64,000 nt of DNA from Thermodesulfobacteriota bacterium (GCA_031082315.1 JAVHLC010000011.1:35117-99116); one strand, 5' to 3'. Positions 1-9,130 are shown, numbered from the stretch's first letter. Notes: generated from the letters alone by a model not told the origin. Program-made: numbers and translations.

Positions 1-635
1 GGGAGGATATATACCGTGAAGCGCGGCGGAAAGGGGTGCTGTTCGTCCGCTACGGCCTTGAGAATAAGCCGCTGGTTGAGGAAGTCGATGGCGAACTCAG
101 GGTTACGGTGACTGACCATGTACTGGGGAGGCCGCTGGTCATCAGGCCTGATTTCATCACCCTGATGACCGCCATCATTCCGTCCGGCCACAAAGAACTG
201 GCGAAAGCCTTCAAGGTCCCTACGAACGCGGAGGGATTCTTCTTCGAAGCGCACATGAAGCTGCGCCCGGTGGACTTTGTCACTGAAGGCCTGTTCGTCT
301 GCGGACTGGCACACTACCCTAAACCCATAGATGAAACCATTGCTCAGGCCCAGGCTGTAGCCGCTAGGGCCATGACTATTTTGTCCAAAGATGAGACCAT
401 TGCGGGCGGGATGGTGGCCGAGGTGGACCAGGAGAACTGCGCGGCCTGCCTGACCTGTGTCCGTACCTGTCCTTACCACGTTCCGTTTATTAACCGCCAC
501 GGAGTGTCCGAGATCGATGCTGCGAAATGCCAGGGATGTGGATGTTGCGCATCTGAATGCCCTGCGGGCGCGATAACGCTGCACCACTTTACGGATGAGG
601 AGATTGCGGCGAAGGTGGGGGCCCTGTTTAAATAA
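1..635 (+). CDS. hdrA: Heterodisulfide reductase subunit A (HdrA)-like flavoprotein, C-terminal part (5' end outside window)
   Basis: The frame is open from the window start through the listed ORF 36..635. The C-terminal 4Fe-4S ferredoxin motifs CAACLTCVRTCP and CQGCGCCASECP are typical of the HdrA C-terminus. It lies immediately upstream of mvhD. Confidence 0.7.
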   Translation, partial: EDIYREARRKGVLFVRYGLENKPLVEEVDGELRVTVTDHVLGRPLVIRPDFITLMTAIIPSGHKELAKAFKVPTNAEGFFFEAHMKLRPVDFVTEGLFVCGLAHYPKPIDETIAQAQAVAARAMTILSKDETIAGGMVAEVDQENCAACLTCVRTCPYHVPFINRHGVSEIDAAKCQGCGCCASECPAGAITLHHFTDEEIAAKVGALFK

Positions 636-677
636 TAAGGGTGGGGAAAAAGGACTAAATAATGAGAGCGCACAGCC

Positions 678-1118
678 ATGTCTGAGAACTTTGAACCACG
701 CATTGTAGCCTTTTGTTGCCAGTATTGTTCGTATTCGGCGGCAGATCTGGCAGGCTCTATGAGGCTTTCCTATCCACCCAATGTAAAGGTGGTGCTCGTC
801 CCGTGTACAGGCCGTGTCGATCCGCTCCATATCCTGAGAACGATTGAGAATGGTGCGGATGGCGTCTGCGTGGCTGGTTGCCTGGAAGGAGACTGTCATT
901 TTCTGGAGGGGAATTTCAAGGCCAAGAAGCGGGTGGCCTACGTGCAGAGAATTCTGAGCGAGGCCGGCGTAGAGGGCGCGCGGGTGAGGATGTTCAATAT
1001 CGCGGCCTCGGATGGGCCGGGTTTTGCTGAGGCCGCCAGGATAATGACCGAGACGATCAGGGCGTTGGGTCCAAACCCCCTGTCGATAAAGACCGAGAAG
1101 ATGTCTGAGGAGTTATAG
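678..1118 (+). CDS. mvhD: Methyl-viologen-reducing hydrogenase delta subunit (MvhD/FlpD family)
   Basis: 146 aa with a CCQYC...PCTGRVD...GCLEGDCHF pattern characteristic of MvhD. Has an RBS, and sits in the hdrA-mvhD arrangement. Confidence 0.75.
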   Translation: MSENFEPRIVAFCCQYCSYSAADLAGSMRLSYPPNVKVVLVPCTGRVDPLHILRTIENGADGVCVAGCLEGDCHFLEGNFKAKKRVAYVQRILSEAGVEGARVRMFNIAASDGPGFAEAARIMTETIRALGPNPLSIKTEKMSEEL

Positions 1119-1126
1119 GTGTCATA

Positions 1127-1801
1127 ATGATTATCGCAGAACGGAAGCCGATTAAAGAATTGCTTGAAATGCTTGCCGGGCACGACCGGGTTCTCCTCGT
1201 GGGATGTAAGGGGTGCGTGACCGTGTGTAATGCGGGCGGGGTAAGAGAGGTCGGTGTACTGGCCTCAGCCCTCCGTATCGCCCGGAGGCGGCAGGGGAGA
1301 CCGATCGAGATTGATGAAATGACGCTGGACCGGCAGTGTGAGCCGGAGTTTATCTCCTGGCTGGAGGAACCCTTGCGGGAAAATGGCTATACAGCGGTTA
1401 TGTCTGCGGCCTGCAGTGTAGGACCGCAATACATAGCGGAACGGTTTGACAATGTGGCCGTTATGCCGGCATTGAACACCAAGTTCATCGGGGGAACGCT
1501 TGAGCACGGGGTCTGGGCCGAGTTTTGCCGGGCGTGTGGTAATTGCGGGATACACAATTTTGGAGGCCTATGCCCTATTACCCGGTGTTCCAAGGGACTC
1601 TTACATGGTCCGTGCGCGGGATCGTCGGGGGGTAAATGTGAGGTGCGCCCGGAAGTAGATTGCATATGGCATCTCATTTATACGCGCATGAAGAATCTCG
1701 GCCAGGTCGATAAACTCAAGGCCCTGAAACCGGCCAAGAACTGGTCCGGCTACTGGAGCGGTGGCGTGCGCAGGGTTGTGCGGGAGGACTTAACTCTATG
1801 A
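1127..1801 (+). CDS. metV: MetV, a Cys-rich Fe-S/zinc-ribbon protein associated with methylene-THF reductase
   Basis: 224 aa with multiple Cys clusters (CKGCVTVCN, CRACGNCG, CPITRCSKGLLHGPCAGS). Its stop overlaps the metF start (ATGA at 1798). Confidence 0.65.
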   Translation: MIIAERKPIKELLEMLAGHDRVLLVGCKGCVTVCNAGGVREVGVLASALRIARRRQGRPIEIDEMTLDRQCEPEFISWLEEPLRENGYTAVMSAACSVGPQYIAERFDNVAVMPALNTKFIGGTLEHGVWAEFCRACGNCGIHNFGGLCPITRCSKGLLHGPCAGSSGGKCEVRPEVDCIWHLIYTRMKNLGQVDKLKALKPAKNWSGYWSGGVRRVVREDLTL

Positions 1802-2724
1802 AGGCAGGAAGCAACCTCGAAAGGCTCTTGAAAAGCGGTCAATTTACGATCACTGCCGAATTTGTCCCGCCCGCGACGGGAGACCGGGGGTTAATTGAAC
1901 GGCAGGCCCGTTACTTTAAAGGTCATGTGGATGCCGTAAGCGTGGCGGACAATATGGGCGCCGTGGTAGGTACGGCGAGCTGTGCGGTATCCAAGGCGCT
2001 CCTGGACCTGGGTCTGGAACCGATCATGTCTTTGGTCACACGTGACCGGAACCGCATCGCCCTGCAAAGTGACCTCTTGGGGGCCTCGCTCCTGGGCATT
2101 CGAAATGTCTTCTGTACCACCGGCGACCATCAGAAATTTGGAGATCACCCTGAGGCCCTGAACGTCTATGATATCGACTCCGTGCAACTCGTGAATGCGG
2201 TGAGAGGACTGTCCGACAGCGGGAAACTGCTGGGAGGGGCGGTGTGTGATAAGGCGGGGTCATTCTTCGTAGGCGCGGCAGCCAACCCGTTCGGTGATCC
2301 GGCCGATCTTATGATCCTCCGCCTGGGTCAAAAAGTGAGGGCTGGAGCGGATTTTATTCAGTCCCAACCTGTTTTTGATCTGGAGAAGTTCGGGCATTGG
2401 GTGCAACTGGCGAGAGAAGAAGGCCTTATTGAAAAGTGCTTCATCCTGGCTACGGTAATGCCGCTTCGGTCGGCGCGTGAAGCGCGGGCAATCAATGAGA
2501 GAAGACGGGGTATCGAGGTCTCTAAAGAAATTATTGCCCGGCTGGAAGGCGTGCCGGAGCCGGAGCAGGCGCGGGAAGGGCTTAGAATCTGTGCCGAGCA
2601 GATTCAGGCCCTCAAAGAGATGAAAGGTGTTCAGGGTGTTCATATCATGAGTGCGGGGCGGGAAGAGGTGATCCCTGAACTAATTAAGGAAAGCGGCCTG
2701 GAGACGGCACGAGCAAGGGACTAG
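1798..2724 (+). CDS. metF: 5,10-methylenetetrahydrofolate reductase
   Basis: 308 aa. The N-terminal FTITAEFVPP and the overall profile match MetF. Translationally coupled to metV. Confidence 0.8.
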   Translation: MKAGSNLERLLKSGQFTITAEFVPPATGDRGLIERQARYFKGHVDAVSVADNMGAVVGTASCAVSKALLDLGLEPIMSLVTRDRNRIALQSDLLGASLLGIRNVFCTTGDHQKFGDHPEALNVYDIDSVQLVNAVRGLSDSGKLLGGAVCDKAGSFFVGAAANPFGDPADLMILRLGQKVRAGADFIQSQPVFDLEKFGHWVQLAREEGLIEKCFILATVMPLRSAREARAINERRRGIEVSKEIIARLEGVPEPEQAREGLRICAEQIQALKEMKGVQGVHIMSAGREEVIPELIKESGLETARARD

Positions 2725-2765
2725 CCGTACCGGGAACATTTAGCCGGCGGGAGGATTTTTACCGG

Positions 2766-4016
2766 ATGTCTCAACCAATTGTCATAGGAAAACGTAAATC
2801 CAGATTCAAGGAACTGGCGCAGGCCGCGATCCCTGGAGGGGGCAACCTGGATCTCTGCCTCACTTGCAGTTCTTGTGTCAATGGGTGCCCGGCCTCAGGC
2901 ATCAGCGATATGGACCCCAGGAAGTTCCTGAGGATGGTGCTCCTCGGACTGGACGAAGAGGTTCTCCAGACTCCCTGGATCTGGTGGTGTTCTATGTGCC
3001 AGAGGTGCAGGCGTGCCTGTCCCATGGGCGTGGATATTGGAGCGTTGGTGTTCATGGCCCGTCAGCAATGGTCGCGGGAAAATACACCAAAAGGGATTCA
3101 GAAGTCATGTGACTTGCACCTCGAGTTTGGTAACAGCACGGGAATTCGCAGGGAAGATTGGGTTTCACTTTGTGCGGAGCTGGCTGAGGAGACCAGACAG
3201 CAGGAAGAGGACTGGAAGGATTTGCCGGCTCCCATGGATAAAAAAGGGGCTGGGTATTATCTCAACCAGAACGCCAAAGAACCCACTGTCGAACCTGAGG
3301 AGATGATACCCTTGTGGAAGATACTCCATGAGGTGGGCATTGATTGGACGTATTCATCCGAACAATGGGATGCCGTGAATTACTGTATGTTTTCCGGGGA
3401 TGACCGGGACTGGGAGGCGGTAGTCAGAAGACAGTCCGAAATAGTGAACGACCTGGGCTGTAAGACGCTTATAAATACCGAGTGAGGCCACGCATTTTAC
3501 GCGGTCCAGGCTGGACTGCAGAGATTCAATATCCCTCATAACTGGAAGTTTGAGAGTATAATCACCCTGTACGCCGCATGGATCCGTGATGGCAGTCTCG
3601 TGGTAGATCCGTCATGGAATAAAGAAGGCATTAAAGTGACCTGCCAGGACCCCTGTAACCTGGTACGAAAGGGTCTGGGTGACAGCGTGGCGGATGACCT
3701 GCGTTTTGTCATCAAACATGTGGCAGGCGAAGAGAATTTTGTGGATATGTGGCCGAACAAATCCAATAATTACTGCTGCGGCGGCGGCGGCGGTTATCTC
3801 CAGTCAGGATTTGTCGAGAAACGCCGGGCCTTTGGAAGAATTAAATTTGACCAGATACAGGCCACCGGCGCTGATATCGTGGTGACGCCCTGTCATAATT
3901 GCCGCTCGCAGATAACGGATATAGGCCAGGTGTACGGCGGCAAGTATCAGACTGTACATCTGTGGAGCCTGATCGTTAAGGCGATGGTCCGCAAGTCCAC
4001 GGCAACACCCGGCTAA
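2766..4016 (+). CDS. HdrD/HdrCB-like Fe-S oxidoreductase with two ferredoxin motifs and a CCG domain; putative selenoprotein with an in-frame UGA at 3483-3485. The alternative is two separate genes, hdrC-like 2766..3485 and hdrB-like 3600..4016
   Basis: ORFs 2766..3485 and 3600..4016 are in the same frame. The only stop between them is the TGA at 3483, and I translated 3486-3599 with no further stop. The N-terminal part carries CLTCSSCVNGCP and CSMCQRCRRACP (HdrC-like). The C-terminal part carries CCGGGGG and CHNCRSQ (HdrB CCG-domain-like). Confidence 0.5.
3501..3519 (+). promoter_or_regulatory. Candidate SECIS-like hairpin 16 nt downstream of the in-frame UGA
   Basis: gcgGTCC[AGGCT]GGACtgc folds as a 7-bp stem (including one G-U pair) with a 5-nt G/U-containing apical loop. 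Its spacing from the UGA is compatible with a bacterial SECIS element. Confidence 0.3.
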
Positions 4017-4296
4017 ACCTTACTTAGCTCCCATCCAAAAACCATGCCCATCCCATTGTAGGAGCACCTTCCAGGTGCGAACAAATGCCCGTCGCAGCAG
4101 GATGCTGCTCCTACGGCGGCAGGCAGGCCTAATACGGCAAGGGGGATTTTGGGATTTCCGGATGAAAACCGCTTAATTTTCACTTTCCAAAATCTCTTTG
4201 TTCATGTCATAATCAACGGCGATGTCTTAAAGTTAATCTGAATAAGGGTCGAAAAGACTTAGGAGATCGTCTTTTGATGCACAAGGAGGCGCCTTT

Positions 4297-5892
4297 ATGG
4301 CCAAGAAAAGCAGTGAAATCAAAAACGTGTGGATGGTTACACGTGAATACGATGGACTGGCGGGCGCCGGGGGGGTAAAGGACGTATGCAAGCAACTCTC
4401 CCATGCCCTGGCCCGTGCCGGGATTAAGATTACGGTGGTCATGCCGCTTTACGGGATGATGAATAAGGAGAGATTAAATCTGAAGCCGACCTCTTATTCC
4501 TTCAACGTAAGAATGGATTATACCGGTGAAGAGCGGCAGGAAGAGGTGTGTATCTGGAACCTGACGCAGGGCAAGGTCCGGATTTTATTTGTGGATAGCG
4601 CCCGTTTCAGCGAAAAGAAAAGCGTTTATACTTATACTGCCGAGGAAGAGGCGCAGGATCCCAGCCACAAACAGGGCGCAGGCCATTATGACTATTTTGC
4701 CATGAATGTCTTGCTGCAAAAAGCAGCCCTCGAACTGATGATCTATATGGATGAAAGGCCTGAAATCATCCACTGTCAGGACGGGCATACGGCTATTATG
4801 CCGGCCATAATCCGCGAAGTCGATGGATACCGGGCCTATTTTGCAGGGACGGGCGCCCTGGTTACGGTGCATAATGCGGGGGTCGGTTATCACCAAGAGG
4901 TGGGCGACCTGTCTTTTGCCAGGGCTATTACCGGGTTGCCGGGATATGTCATTGAACATTCCTTGCTTCATAATGCCTTTGATCCTTTTATTGCGGCAGC
5001 GCGCTATGCAGTTATAAATACGGTGAGCGAAAACTATGCGCGGGAGCTTCAGGAAACGGAGGCAGATCGTCTTACCGGCTGGCTGGGCCATAGCTTGAAG
5101 TCCAGAGGAATAGTCCTTGAGGGTGTAACGAATGGCATTGACCCGGAGGATTTTGATCCGGAAAAACCGGAGAAGCTGGGTATTCCGGCGGCCTTCAGCC
5201 CATTAAAGGACGATTTTCAGGGCAAAGAAATCTGCAAGAAGACCCTTATCGAGGATATAAACAGGCGTAAGTTTGAGAAAGTAAACGCCATCGGCCGGAT
5301 TGATTATGCGGCAGGCAAACCCCTTTTGACTATGGTGGGCCGGCTGACAGAACAAAAAGGCGTGGACATCCTGGTTCGGGCCTTACAGATGCTGATGCCA
5401 AAAGACAAAGAGTTTCAGGCGCTGATCCTGGGTAGCGGCTCCAGGCATATAGAGAACTCTCTGGCCACCTTGGCCGGCCTGTCGGAGAATAGGGGGCGTA
5501 TGGCGGTTCTCTTTGGTTATGATCCGGTATTGGCCAACCAGATTTATGCGGCAGGGGACTTTTTTGTCATCCCTTCACAATATGAACCCTGTGGACTTAC
5601 CGATTTTATGGCCCAGTTAATGGGTAACGTCCCCATTGTCCATCTGACCGGCGGTCTGGTTAAGGTTATCGACGGGCAGACCGGCTTTGGTTATTCAGAT
5701 CATAACCCGGAAGCCCTGGTTCAAACTATCAGAAAGGCCCTGGCTATTTATCGGGACACCCCGGCAGTTTTACGGCAAATACAGCGTAAGGCCGTGGAAA
5801 CTATAGATAGCCATTATACCTGGGACAGAGTACTGGGTCGCTATAAAAGTCTTTATAAAAAAGCACAGAATATGAGTAAATTAATTGGATAA
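4297..5892 (+). CDS. glgA: Glycogen/starch synthase (ADP-glucose type, GT5)
   Basis: 531 aa. The N-terminal EYDGLAGAGGVKDV glycine-rich motif and overall GT5/GT1 architecture are present. A GGAGG RBS precedes it. Confidence 0.75.
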   Translation: MAKKSSEIKNVWMVTREYDGLAGAGGVKDVCKQLSHALARAGIKITVVMPLYGMMNKERLNLKPTSYSFNVRMDYTGEERQEEVCIWNLTQGKVRILFVDSARFSEKKSVYTYTAEEEAQDPSHKQGAGHYDYFAMNVLLQKAALELMIYMDERPEIIHCQDGHTAIMPAIIREVDGYRAYFAGTGALVTVHNAGVGYHQEVGDLSFARAITGLPGYVIEHSLLHNAFDPFIAAARYAVINTVSENYARELQETEADRLTGWLGHSLKSRGIVLEGVTNGIDPEDFDPEKPEKLGIPAAFSPLKDDFQGKEICKKTLIEDINRRKFEKVNAIGRIDYAAGKPLLTMVGRLTEQKGVDILVRALQMLMPKDKEFQALILGSGSRHIENSLATLAGLSENRGRMAVLFGYDPVLANQIYAAGDFFVIPSQYEPCGLTDFMAQLMGNVPIVHLTGGLVKVIDGQTGFGYSDHNPEALVQTIRKALAIYRDTPAVLRQIQRKAVETIDSHYTWDRVLGRYKSLYKKAQNMSKLIG

Positions 5893-6000
5893 CTTTAAGT
5901 AAAATATTAATAGATATTGGGCGTTCAAGGTTCGATTTGTTCGAGTCGTTCGAACATGTCGGACCTTTCAAACGTTTTTTGACCCCCGACCCTCGACTTC

Positions 6001-6789
6001 TTAAGGACTGCTTTTTATAATATCTTTTATAGCCTGCATGCCCTGTTGGACTTCCTTACTGTCCGGGTTAATATCCAGGGCCTTTTGATATGTATCCAGG
6101 GACTTTTCCATCCAGTTTCCTTCCCGATAACTTTCGGCAGCCAGGCAGTAACCTCTTTCCTTCTGACCGGAAAACATCTCCTCAAAAAGCCGGGGTATGG
6201 AATTTATCCCCCAGATCCGGTCAAATTCGGGCTCATTTTCTATTAATAGACGAAGCACAAGGTGGTTATCCGGGTATTTCAGCAAGACTTTATGCAATTG
6301 TCCGGCTGCCCTTAAAAAGAGGCGATTCAGATGGCCCATCGCCAAATTGACCTCTGCGGTTGTTTTTTCAAAAAGTTCCAAATAATCATCCATGCCTTGA
6401 TTTTCTGTAAATTTCTTATGTTGATAGATCATTTTTTCATAAGCCGGTTTATAATGTTGCAATAAGTAAATATTTTCTTTGAGCTTCATGCCCTCGTGGA
6501 AGATAGAGCCAACGAGCCAATCCAGAAGGGCGCACTCGACGTCCATTTGCTCCTCATCGCCCCACACCGCATGACAGAGGTCTTTGAACTGCCACAGGGG
6601 CCCCTTCCGCACCTCGGTGCCGATCCAGTAGTCCATATTTTTAAAGGACATCTCTGCGCTCTCATTATATGTCTTGTATAGTTGTTCAAAAAAATTTAAG
6701 GTTTTTAGAAAGTCACGTATGGCATTTCGGACAAAGATGTCTTTATGTTCTTCAAACCAGTTATTGCGGGCCGACTTCTTATTGGTCAC
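6001..6789 (-). CDS. Hypothetical protein (TPR-like C-terminus), translationally coupled to the upstream radical SAM gene
   Basis: 262 aa ORF. Its start overlaps the rSAM stop by 4 nt. No recognisable catalytic motif. Confidence 0.45.
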   Translation of the reverse strand: MTNKKSARNNWFEEHKDIFVRNAIRDFLKTLNFFEQLYKTYNESAEMSFKNMDYWIGTEVRKGPLWQFKDLCHAVWGDEEQMDVECALLDWLVGSIFHEGMKLKENIYLLQHYKPAYEKMIYQHKKFTENQGMDDYLELFEKTTAEVNLAMGHLNRLFLRAAGQLHKVLLKYPDNHLVLRLLIENEPEFDRIWGINSIPRLFEEMFSGQKERGYCLAAESYREGNWMEKSLDTYQKALDINPDSKEVQQGMQAIKDIIKSSP

Positions 6790-8594
6790 TCCCTGAGTCC
6801 TCCTTCTCTGACCGCCAGGCTAAGATATTGATCATTTTCTTTCAACATAATACGTTTTTGTACTAATTCATTAAAAAACTTTTGTAAAGACTCCAGCGAG
6901 CAGCCAGGAAATCCCTCTTTTATATCCTTGAGTGATTTTATGGTCGTACAGTAGAGATATACATTGCGGGAGGGACCGTGGAGTCTATGGATTTGAACAC
7001 TACCATCTGATCTTATCTGTCGTATGCTGAGAAACCTGCCCCCATCCCGGTAAGAGAGAAGGGGTTGCGACGGATATTGGTTTCGCAGAAGAAAATAGTC
7101 TTTCCGCCACATTTCCACCTTTTTTGCTACCGGTCTCCATAAGGTATATTGTCGGGATCTATCGCCCCGATGAGCCTGCTGTATTAGTATTAGTCGTGCA
7201 AAGAGTTCCTTTGACAAAAACGATTTATACAGGTGGTGATTGCCTGTCCGTTTAACCCCGAATTCTTTGGCAGTACAAAAGACCGGACTGCCGTAGCCCA
7301 ACCAGAAAGACGCCATTTTTAATGGATAAAAAGGCCATACGAAATCGAGGGCGTCCAGTGTTTCTTTCACTTCAGCCGGTGAGCTGCCAGGAAACATGGT
7401 GATCAGGTTGCCGGATTGAATAATGCCCAGCTCTTCGCAGTGCCTCATGGTCTCTATATTCTGGAGGGCTGTGGTTCCTTTGCCCATTCGTTTTAGCAGA
7501 GAAGAACTTAAGGCCTCGATGCCGATCTGGACCGTTTTCAGCCCGCCTTCGCGCATTAAGGCCAGGGCTTGGGCGGATTGTCCGGCGCGCAGCTCGGCGA
7601 AGATGCCAAGGTCTTTTTCCAATGTGGTGAGGGCGGTAAAAAGCTCCGGCCCCTGATGAGGCGGCAGCGCATTGTCGGTGAAGGCCAGATCAATGGACGG
7701 ATAGCGATCGGTCAGGTCCTTGATCTCCCCTACCATCTGAGGTACAGATTTCTTTCTATAGCTGTGCCATTGGAGGTTAAGGTTACAAAAGCGGCATTTC
7801 CGCCACCAGCAGCCGCGTGAAAACTCTACCGGCAGGACCGGCAGGAATGGAATCCGGGGGGATATATCCTGTAGGAGGTTAAAATAATCCCCATAATCCG
7901 GCGGCGGAAGTGAGCTTAAGGCGTTGATCTCATCATAACTCCCCCCTGATACCATGCCCTGGCTGTTACGGTAAAAGACCCCGGGTCCTGGTTTATCGAC
8001 CTCCCCCTTAAGAAGACGTACAATGGATAAGAGGGGTTTTTCGCCTTCACCGGAGACGACAAAATCTATCTCCGGCAAGCTGGAGAGAATGGCCCGTCCC
8101 ATCTCGCCCGAACAGCTTGAACCGCCGGCTACAATGGTTATCTCTGGAAATCTCGCCTTCAGGGTACGTATGGCGTAGAGTGAAGATGTAAGCTGATTAA
8201 GGCAGATAGAGAAGCCTATTAGGTTGAACTGCCTCCAATCCCTCGACCGTATAAAAGCTTCATGGTGATCGCTGAGTTTAGACTTAAGAGCGGAGAGATC
8301 AAAATGAAGTTTATATTTTTTAGACCTTTTTTGTTTGTTTATTAAGGAATGAATCGATGTATTTTTTTCCGGAAAGAGGAGTGAGGCATAGATAGCCTCG
8401 GTAATCCAGCTATGTTTTGAAATCTCGTGGTAGAGTTCAAAACCGATCTGGGCGGCGACTTCCAGATAAATCGGGTAAGTGGAGATATCGAGGGCATCAT
8501 CCTGCGATGCAAGGTAGGATTTAAGCGCACCGAGTTGTATGGAGGGCCGGTTAAATAGCGGCCAGGGCATGGAAATTAGGGCTATCCGGAACAT
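6786..8594 (-). CDS. B12-binding-domain radical SAM protein (class B-like) with an atypical CWWRKCRFC cluster
   Basis: 602 aa. The N-terminal MFRIALISMPWP resembles a Rossmann-like B12-binding domain. The central SRGCWWRKCRFC gives Cx4Cx2C rather than the canonical CxxxCxxC. Confidence 0.55.
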   Translation of the reverse strand: MFRIALISMPWPLFNRPSIQLGALKSYLASQDDALDISTYPIYLEVAAQIGFELYHEISKHSWITEAIYASLLFPEKNTSIHSLINKQKRSKKYKLHFDLSALKSKLSDHHEAFIRSRDWRQFNLIGFSICLNQLTSSLYAIRTLKARFPEITIVAGGSSCSGEMGRAILSSLPEIDFVVSGEGEKPLLSIVRLLKGEVDKPGPGVFYRNSQGMVSGGSYDEINALSSLPPPDYGDYFNLLQDISPRIPFLPVLPVEFSRGCWWRKCRFCNLNLQWHSYRKKSVPQMVGEIKDLTDRYPSIDLAFTDNALPPHQGPELFTALTTLEKDLGIFAELRAGQSAQALALMREGGLKTVQIGIEALSSSLLKRMGKGTTALQNIETMRHCEELGIIQSGNLITMFPGSSPAEVKETLDALDFVWPFYPLKMASFWLGYGSPVFCTAKEFGVKRTGNHHLYKSFLSKELFARLILIQQAHRGDRSRQYTLWRPVAKKVEMWRKDYFLLRNQYPSQPLLSYRDGGRFLSIRQIRSDGSVQIHRLHGPSRNVYLYCTTIKSLKDIKEGFPGCSLESLQKFFNELVQKRIMLKENDQYLSLAVREGGLRE

Positions 8595-9130
8595 TTCCTG
8601 TCAGCATGAACATGCATAGCGAGCGCATTCCCCGTTGCTTGCCATCCAGGTCCGACACTGGCGGGCAGCGGGGTTAGCGAGCGAATACGATGCATTTTAC
8701 CTTGCATACGGAGATTCCCCGCAGCTTGCTGCGGGGGGGCTTCAACATGGCTTAACGATAATGAGACCTTCCGGGCGGGGGCCTTTTTGTCCGGCTGTTT
8801 ATAATGCATCCTGTAATCTTCAATGGCCAGCATGAGGCCAAAGGCGATGGCTAAGACCAGAAATATCTTGATGATCCGTGGCCAGGATGGCCTTGTCTTT
8901 TCGATCCAGACAAGGAGTCTAACCAGAAGCCGGGTAAAAATCGCAGCCAGGCCTGAAGACCAGAAAATCTTTATTCCGGTTTCGCACATAGAGCGGCCAA
9001 CGTCTCCGGGGTAATAACGCAGGGCGATGAAAAACCAGCCTAAGGCGCAAACGGCCACAATGATCTTATCCCGTGTAGTCCAGATAGGGTTAAGAGACTC
9101 AGATTTTGTTGCCACTATCCCGTCCTTCAA
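8582..9130 (-). CDS. Hypothetical small membrane protein; the 3' third of the ORF is encoded by an A-family repeat
   Basis: Two or three predicted TM helices in the first ~120 aa. Codons after about aa 128 fall inside the repeat at 8606..8745, so the C-terminus is probably an insertion artefact. Confidence 0.35.
   Translation of the reverse strand: MKDGIVATKSESLNPIWTTRDKIIVAVCALGWFFIALRYYPGDVGRSMCETGIKIFWSSGLAAIFTRLLVRLLVWIEKTRPSWPRIIKIFLVLAIAFGLMLAIEDYRMHYKQPDKKAPARKVSLSLSHVEAPPQQAAGNLRMQGKMHRIRSLTPLPASVGPGWQATGNALAMHVHADRKCSG
8606..8745. repeat. A-family hairpin repeat, copy A1 (long form with the nested ~70-bp insert)
   Basis: Shares the core gaacatgcatagcgagcg...aatacgatgcattttaccttgcatacggagattcccc-[palindrome]-ggg(g)agcttcaa with the copies at 24464, 41228 and 45116. 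The apical palindrome is ccccgcagc-ttg-ctgcgggg. Confidence 0.8.
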
